Part shown: positions 56,061 through 64,000 of the stretch, in pieces
Numbering within the stretch: position 1 is the stretch's first letter
How the letters are laid out: every line of letters begins with the position of its first letter
NCBI GenBank assembly: GCA_963769935.1
Contig: CAVYNY010000018.1
Location: 256,001-320,000, forward strand
DNA: 64,000 nt
Source of the DNA: an uncultured delta proteobacterium
GTDB lineage: Bacteria > Desulfobacterota > Desulfobacteria > Desulfobacterales > JAFDCJ01
Direction: 5' to 3'
Translations under genes and position numbers: made by a program
The notes under the pieces: model-generated
Database searches by the model: none
The model's input: only the letters and a program-made list of their open reading frames with translations
What the model was told of the DNA's origin: nothing

Positions 56061-56669
56061 ATGAGTATTCTATCCGGTTCCGTCTCGATTACACGCTATA
56101 AGGTCCAAGGCCAAATGAAGGCGCCGATTACCGAAAATATTGGCAATGGCTTGATGGTAAATACGATTACGGAAATTGACAATCAAATTTCGGATAAGGC
56201 AGTCGGATGGACGACGTTTAACAAACCGTTTCAGCCGAATTTTGAAGGATCTTCCTTTGTTTACGGCAGTTATTTTGTTTTTTCCCTGCGAATCGATAAA
56301 AAAAATATCACCCCGAAGGTTCTAAAAAAACAATACACGATAGAAGCCGCCAAACGGATGGCTGAATCTGGACGGGAGTATTTATCCAAAACTGAAAAAA
56401 AATTAATTAAAGACCATGTCATCAGCGGGTTAAACCTGCGCATTCCGGCAACTCCGAATGTGTACGACCTGGTATGGAATCACGAGGATGCTTTAGTTTG
56501 GTTTTTTTCCAATTTAAAAGCCGCCAACGAAGAATTGGAAACCCTGTTTGCCAAATCATTCAGCCTGTCTTTGATACGGCTATTTCCCTATACCGCTGCC
56601 GAATTGTCTTCCGGGCTTTCAGATACTCAGCGCGATGGGCTGCAAAAAATATCGCCGACTCAGTATTAG
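56061..56669 (+). CDS. rdgC: RdgC-family recombination-associated protein (short deltaproteobacterial form)
   Basis: S.TRY.V, GW, FSLRIDKK.I..., K...K..V...L.....P and A.E....LF..SF. Confidence 0.7.
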   Translation: MSILSGSVSITRYKVQGQMKAPITENIGNGLMVNTITEIDNQISDKAVGWTTFNKPFQPNFEGSSFVYGSYFVFSLRIDKKNITPKVLKKQYTIEAAKRMAESGREYLSKTEKKLIKDHVISGLNLRIPATPNVYDLVWNHEDALVWFFSNLKAANEELETLFAKSFSLSLIRLFPYTAAELSSGLSDTQRDGLQKISPTQY

Positions 56670-56681
56670 TAAGTGAATAAA

Positions 56682-57209
56682 ATGTTGGATGTTGCTGTTG
56701 CCTATAATCGCTATCAATTTCTCGGGGAAGAATTTCTAACCTGGGTATGGTTTATTATTGATAACGATCAAGATCTTCTTAAAAATTTTGACAAAGATTA
56801 TGTCGCTCTGGAAGTCGGCAATCGGATTGTATTTGAAAATCGCCGCAAAGATGCCGCTGAGCGCCTGACTATTAAAGGGGACGGCGCAAGCCTGGAGGAG
56901 GGAATTATTGCCTTGAAAAAAGGCGCTCTGGTTACTGAACTGAATGTTGTCTATAAATCCTCAGAGCTGACCTGGCAATTTACACTCAAAGGTGAAAGTT
57001 TGAATATCAGCAGCTTAAGTATCCCGAGCACCGGCTCCGCCGAATCCGAAGAAGATATTGAAGGTGTTGTTCTTGAAAAAATATTTCTATTTGAAAAAAT
57101 TCTGAAGCTGATCGAAAATTTGTTCAGCCACTATGTTAAACTAAGAGTATCGGATACGTGGCAGGGTAAAGAAGTGCCCCGCATCAGCAAATGGATCCAG
57201 TCTTCATAA
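56682..57209 (+). CDS. Hypothetical protein coupled to rdgC (possible second half of a split RdgC-like protein)
   Basis: Starts just after the rdgC stop; FLGEEFLTW.WF, E...AL..G..V.E and W.FTL motifs. Confidence 0.7.
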   Translation: MLDVAVAYNRYQFLGEEFLTWVWFIIDNDQDLLKNFDKDYVALEVGNRIVFENRRKDAAERLTIKGDGASLEEGIIALKKGALVTELNVVYKSSELTWQFTLKGESLNISSLSIPSTGSAESEEDIEGVVLEKIFLFEKILKLIENLFSHYVKLRVSDTWQGKEVPRISKWIQSS

Positions 57210-57460
57210 AAAAATGATGACGACATTGTTTTTGACAACAAAATTTTCATATTTTGTTGATAATTTCCTATTTTTGAACAATCGGTTTGAGGCTGACTGA
57301 AACCGGCCGGTTGTCAGCCTGATATCATCTGATTTATAGTTTATTTAAAAATAAAAAAGTTATTATATTTTAATAAGTTAAAAAGTTATTAGTGTTATCA
57401 ACAACAATATATTATTATAATACTTATTATTATTATTAATAACAAATTAAGGAAAAATAG
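57210..57460. other. Candidate chromosomal replication origin (oriC unwinding region)
   Basis: Extremely AT-rich; DnaA-box-like TGTTGATAA (57255-57263) and TTATCAACA (57395-57403), the latter followed by a TTA trinucleotide run directly before dnaN. Confidence 0.6.
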
Positions 57461-61023
<3,563 letters not shown>

Positions 61024-61221
61024 AGGCTCAACCTGAACCCCCTACATAGTAATCCATCGTTGGTATATTCAATTTTAGTTGTTTCAGTTACTTTAGAGTA
61101 CTGGCGTGTTGGATTAATGCCTGACGGATTGAGGTCTTTTTCTCCACGACTCCAAGATTAAGTCTTTAAAAAACTGCCGATTCAAATAACTATCCATTCA
61201 AACGATCACCGGTTCAAAAAC

Positions 61222-62013
61222 ATGCATATTCATCAAGTCAAAGCCAGAGATTTGCCGGACCTGTGGTTTCAGGCCGTAAATGATATTCTTGACAACGGGC
61301 AGCGGTTTGTCATCGACCGCGGATCCTATGCCGGGCAAACGCGGCTGGAATACGATTACTTCATGGGCCATGTTACCTACCCCGGTACCGTACCATTGAT
61401 ACCGGATATTCCGGCCTCCTGCGGTATTCCCAATCCGGTTGAGCATGACTATATATACGGCGGCGCCGGTTATGACCGCGCCTATATAGAATATTTAATG
61501 TCACCCCGTAAAGAACCGGGTGAATCCTATACGTACGGCGAACGTTTGACGAAAGTTCCGTTGACCGGTGACAAACTGGGCTGGTGGAAAGAGGCCAACA
61601 CAGAAATTATCGACAAACGTGCAATCGACGGCAGTATGGTTTTTGAAGAAAACGGGCAGCTGTATTTGAATCAGATCGAATGGATCATTGCCACCTATAA
61701 ACAATTCGGGCCGCGCAACAATCAGCTCGTGTTGCAGGTCGCCCATCCATCGGATCTGACCCTGCTGGATCCACCCTGCCTGCGATCCATCGACACGCGC
61801 ATCCAAAATGACAAACTGCATTTTTTCGTGTATTTTCGCTCCTGGGATCTTTGGAACGGGTTTCCGGCCAACCTGGCAGCGATTCAGAACCTAAAAGAAT
61901 ACATGGCCGGCGAGATCGGCGTCAAAGACGGCGAGATGATTGTGGAGAGCAAGGGGCTGCACCTCTATGGTTATGCCGAGGATCTTGCGAAATTGAGGTG
62001 TCTGAGGGACTGA
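61222..62013 (+). CDS. thyA: Thymidylate synthase (ThyA fold, archaeal-type)
   Basis: YTYGERL, DPPCL (catalytic Cys), FRSWD....FPAN and LHLY. Confidence 0.8.
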   Translation: MHIHQVKARDLPDLWFQAVNDILDNGQRFVIDRGSYAGQTRLEYDYFMGHVTYPGTVPLIPDIPASCGIPNPVEHDYIYGGAGYDRAYIEYLMSPRKEPGESYTYGERLTKVPLTGDKLGWWKEANTEIIDKRAIDGSMVFEENGQLYLNQIEWIIATYKQFGPRNNQLVLQVAHPSDLTLLDPPCLRSIDTRIQNDKLHFFVYFRSWDLWNGFPANLAAIQNLKEYMAGEIGVKDGEMIVESKGLHLYGYAEDLAKLRCLRD

Positions 62014-62015
62014 TG

Positions 62016-62846
62016 TCATGAGAAGAAAGGCTTTTTCGGTGATGTTTTCATGCCTTCGGCCATGCGCCAGACAACACGTCCGTCGCCTTCCATATCATCC
62101 AGGGTTGCAAAAAGTTGTTTGACCATATCGCATCTATCCTGATAGCCCCGGTCCGGGAACAGTGAGGCCGATTGGGCCGGAATCGAAAAAAAATCCTGCA
62201 AAAATCCGATATCCAGAGGCCGTGTCCAGCGATGGTGGCGTATATTGCCGCAACGATCAGCCAGGGATTTGCTGGCATTTGGGTAGTCCGTGATCACACG
62301 AAATCGTGGCAGAGGTTTTCCCAATCGTTTGAAAGCGATATCAAATAAATCTGCTTCGTCAACGCCAAGCAACTGGGGATAGAAAGAAAACGCGATCTTG
62401 CCACCTGGAAAAAGGCAGTTGTAGGCTTCGTCAATGGCTTTAGCGGCATCGGGGAAAATAAAAACTGAGGCGTTGAAGAGGACGTAATCAAACTGACGTT
62501 TACCGACAATCGGTGAAAGGTTTTCACCATCTCCCACCATCAGGCATATTTCTTCGCTTTTTTCCAGAGAACGTCCGGCGGCAATCATCTCCGGCGACAG
62601 ATCAACCCCTAAGACGCGGCACCCGTATCGCGCGTTGAGGACCCTTGCAGACAACCCATAACCGCAGCCAACATCCAGAACCGATGATCCATGCTCAATC
62701 TCAATGGATTCCGCCAGCTTTAAAGCATAAGCTGAAAAAAACCGATGCTTTGCCTCGAATGCTTGATAAACCTGGATGCTCTGATCAAAGTTGTTGGCGA
62801 CGTTGCGCTTGACCTTCTCATTGAAATCCATGCTGATTTGCTCCAT
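62016..62846 (-). CDS. Class I SAM-dependent methyltransferase
   Basis: VLDVGCGYG, GVDLSPEM, GD.E.L, FDYV and L.PGG. Confidence 0.88.
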   Translation of the reverse strand: MEQISMDFNEKVKRNVANNFDQSIQVYQAFEAKHRFFSAYALKLAESIEIEHGSSVLDVGCGYGLSARVLNARYGCRVLGVDLSPEMIAAGRSLEKSEEICLMVGDGENLSPIVGKRQFDYVLFNASVFIFPDAAKAIDEAYNCLFPGGKIAFSFYPQLLGVDEADLFDIAFKRLGKPLPRFRVITDYPNASKSLADRCGNIRHHRWTRPLDIGFLQDFFSIPAQSASLFPDRGYQDRCDMVKQLFATLDDMEGDGRVVWRMAEGMKTSPKKPFFS

Positions 62847-62899
62847 ATAAACAGTTCATATTTTTGCACCCGATTTGCAGATTTAGCTTTTAAATTATT

Positions 62900-64000
62900 C
62901 TAAGATTCGATTTCATTTTTTAATACCGCTAAAAACCGATCCACCTCCTCTTTTGTGTTGTAATGCGCCAGACCGGCCCGCACCATGCCGCCGGAGTCTT
63001 CCACCCCCAGCCGTTCAGTGACAGCCAGCGCGTAATAGTTGCCATGCCAGACAAAAATTCCCTGTTGGGCCAAATCTCCGGCTATTGCTTCCGGGGATAG
63101 TCCCTGCCTGGTAAATGCCAGGGTCGGGCATCTTTCATGAAATTGATCCGGATTTAAAATTCCATATATCTTTAGGCCGGAAATTTTTTCCAACTCCCTT
63201 ATCATATAAGAAAATAAAGGACGCTCATAAGCCGCTATTATCCCCATGGCCTGCTTTAATTCTTTGCGGCGGCCGCTATAGTTATTCAGATTTAATCCTT
63301 CCAGGGTGGCGCTGCTGCCGTACCGGCGCCCGACTTCCGCCAGATAATCGACCGCGGCAACTACGCCGGCCAGGCCTTCGTGATTGAGGGTACCGGTTTC
63401 AAACTTGTAGGGCGGGTTGGGGTTTGAAGGCCGGACCTTGTCGGCGGCCAATTGTTCGAGCAAATCCGGCCTGCCCCATGCGACGCCCACATGGGGTCCG
63501 AAAAATTTATAGGCCGAACAGACCAGAAAATCGCAATCAATGTTTTGAACATCGATGGCACCGTGAGGTGCATAGTGAACTGCATCGACCCATACCCAGG
63601 CGCCGGCGGCATGTGCCATTGAGGCAATTTTTTTAATGGGATTGATGGTTCCCACAGCGTTGGATGCATACCCCAGCGCAATCAGCCTGGTTTTTGGGGA
63701 AAGCAGTGAGGCCAGGTGTTCAAGATCCAGGCGGCAGTCGTTGACCTTAAAATTTGCCCATTTGACGATAATCCCTTTTTCTTTCAGCGCCAACCAGGGC
63801 GATATGTTGGCGTCATGATCCAGATGGGTGACGATTATTTCATCTCCGGGTTGCAGCATACGCCCGATTGCGCGGCTGATGCTGAAGGTCAGCGTGGTCA
63901 TATTGGCGCCGAAAATGATTTCGTGTTCGGAACCGGCATTTAAAAAATCGGCCATGGCCGTCCGGGCCTGGACGATCATTTCATCATTTCGATGACTGGT
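62900..64000 (-). CDS. Class V PLP enzyme, cysteine-desulfurase-like; 5' end lies outside the window
   Basis: FG.NMT, LDHDAN..PW, ASN.VGT, VDAVH.APH, CSAYKFFGPH.G (PLP Lys), FETGT and R.G..HYNT.EEV. Confidence 0.88.
   Translation of the reverse strand, partial: TSHRNDEMIVQARTAMADFLNAGSEHEIIFGANMTTLTFSISRAIGRMLQPGDEIIVTHLDHDANISPWLALKEKGIIVKWANFKVNDCRLDLEHLASLLSPKTRLIALGYASNAVGTINPIKKIASMAHAAGAWVWVDAVHYAPHGAIDVQNIDCDFLVCSAYKFFGPHVGVAWGRPDLLEQLAADKVRPSNPNPPYKFETGTLNHEGLAGVVAAVDYLAEVGRRYGSSATLEGLNLNNYSGRRKELKQAMGIIAAYERPLFSYMIRELEKISGLKIYGILNPDQFHERCPTLAFTRQGLSPEAIAGDLAQQGIFVWHGNYYALAVTERLGVEDSGGMVRAGLAHYNTKEEVDRFLAVLKNEIES

Overview
Core-chromosome segment of a sulfate-reducing deltaproteobacterium, probably Desulfobacterales-like (inferred from reductive dsrABD-dsrN, tetrahaem cytochrome c3 and gene content). 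From left to right: (1) a partial receiver-PP2C gene, then a PAS-PAS sigma54 activator with a perfect -24/-12 promoter driving an amino-acid-derivative uptake/catabolic operon (3.1-11.4 kb); (2) a GntR-linked divergent cluster with an alkyl-sulfatase-like MBL hydrolase, CUT1 ABC transporter, enolase-superfamily enzyme, family III CoA-transferase and QueG/RdhA-like Fe-S protein (11.4-21.1 kb); (3) Moco genes, mltA, tatBC and a frameshifted cytochrome c3; (4) dsrA-dsrB-dsrD-dsrN followed by a PrmA-type methyltransferase whose N-terminal domain resembles DsrD, with a TPR + pseudokinase-like pair upstream; (5) dapA, a YkgJ protein, eukaryote-type UGPase, a CdaA-CdaR fusion and a glycogen cluster built from eukaryote-like enzymes with no glgC in view; (6) an SLT, an EndoQ-UvrD fusion, an NrdR-box-like site, an RdgC-like gene pair, an oriC-like AT-rich region directly before dnaN-gyrB (no adjacent dnaA, recF or gyrA), archaeal-type thyA, a methyltransferase and a partial class V PLP enzyme. 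Intergenic regions, and dsrN itself, carry degenerate 7/8-bp tandem repeats, often as inverted pairs. No rRNA, tRNA, CRISPR array or transposase was recognised. All calls come from reading motifs by eye; no searches were run.
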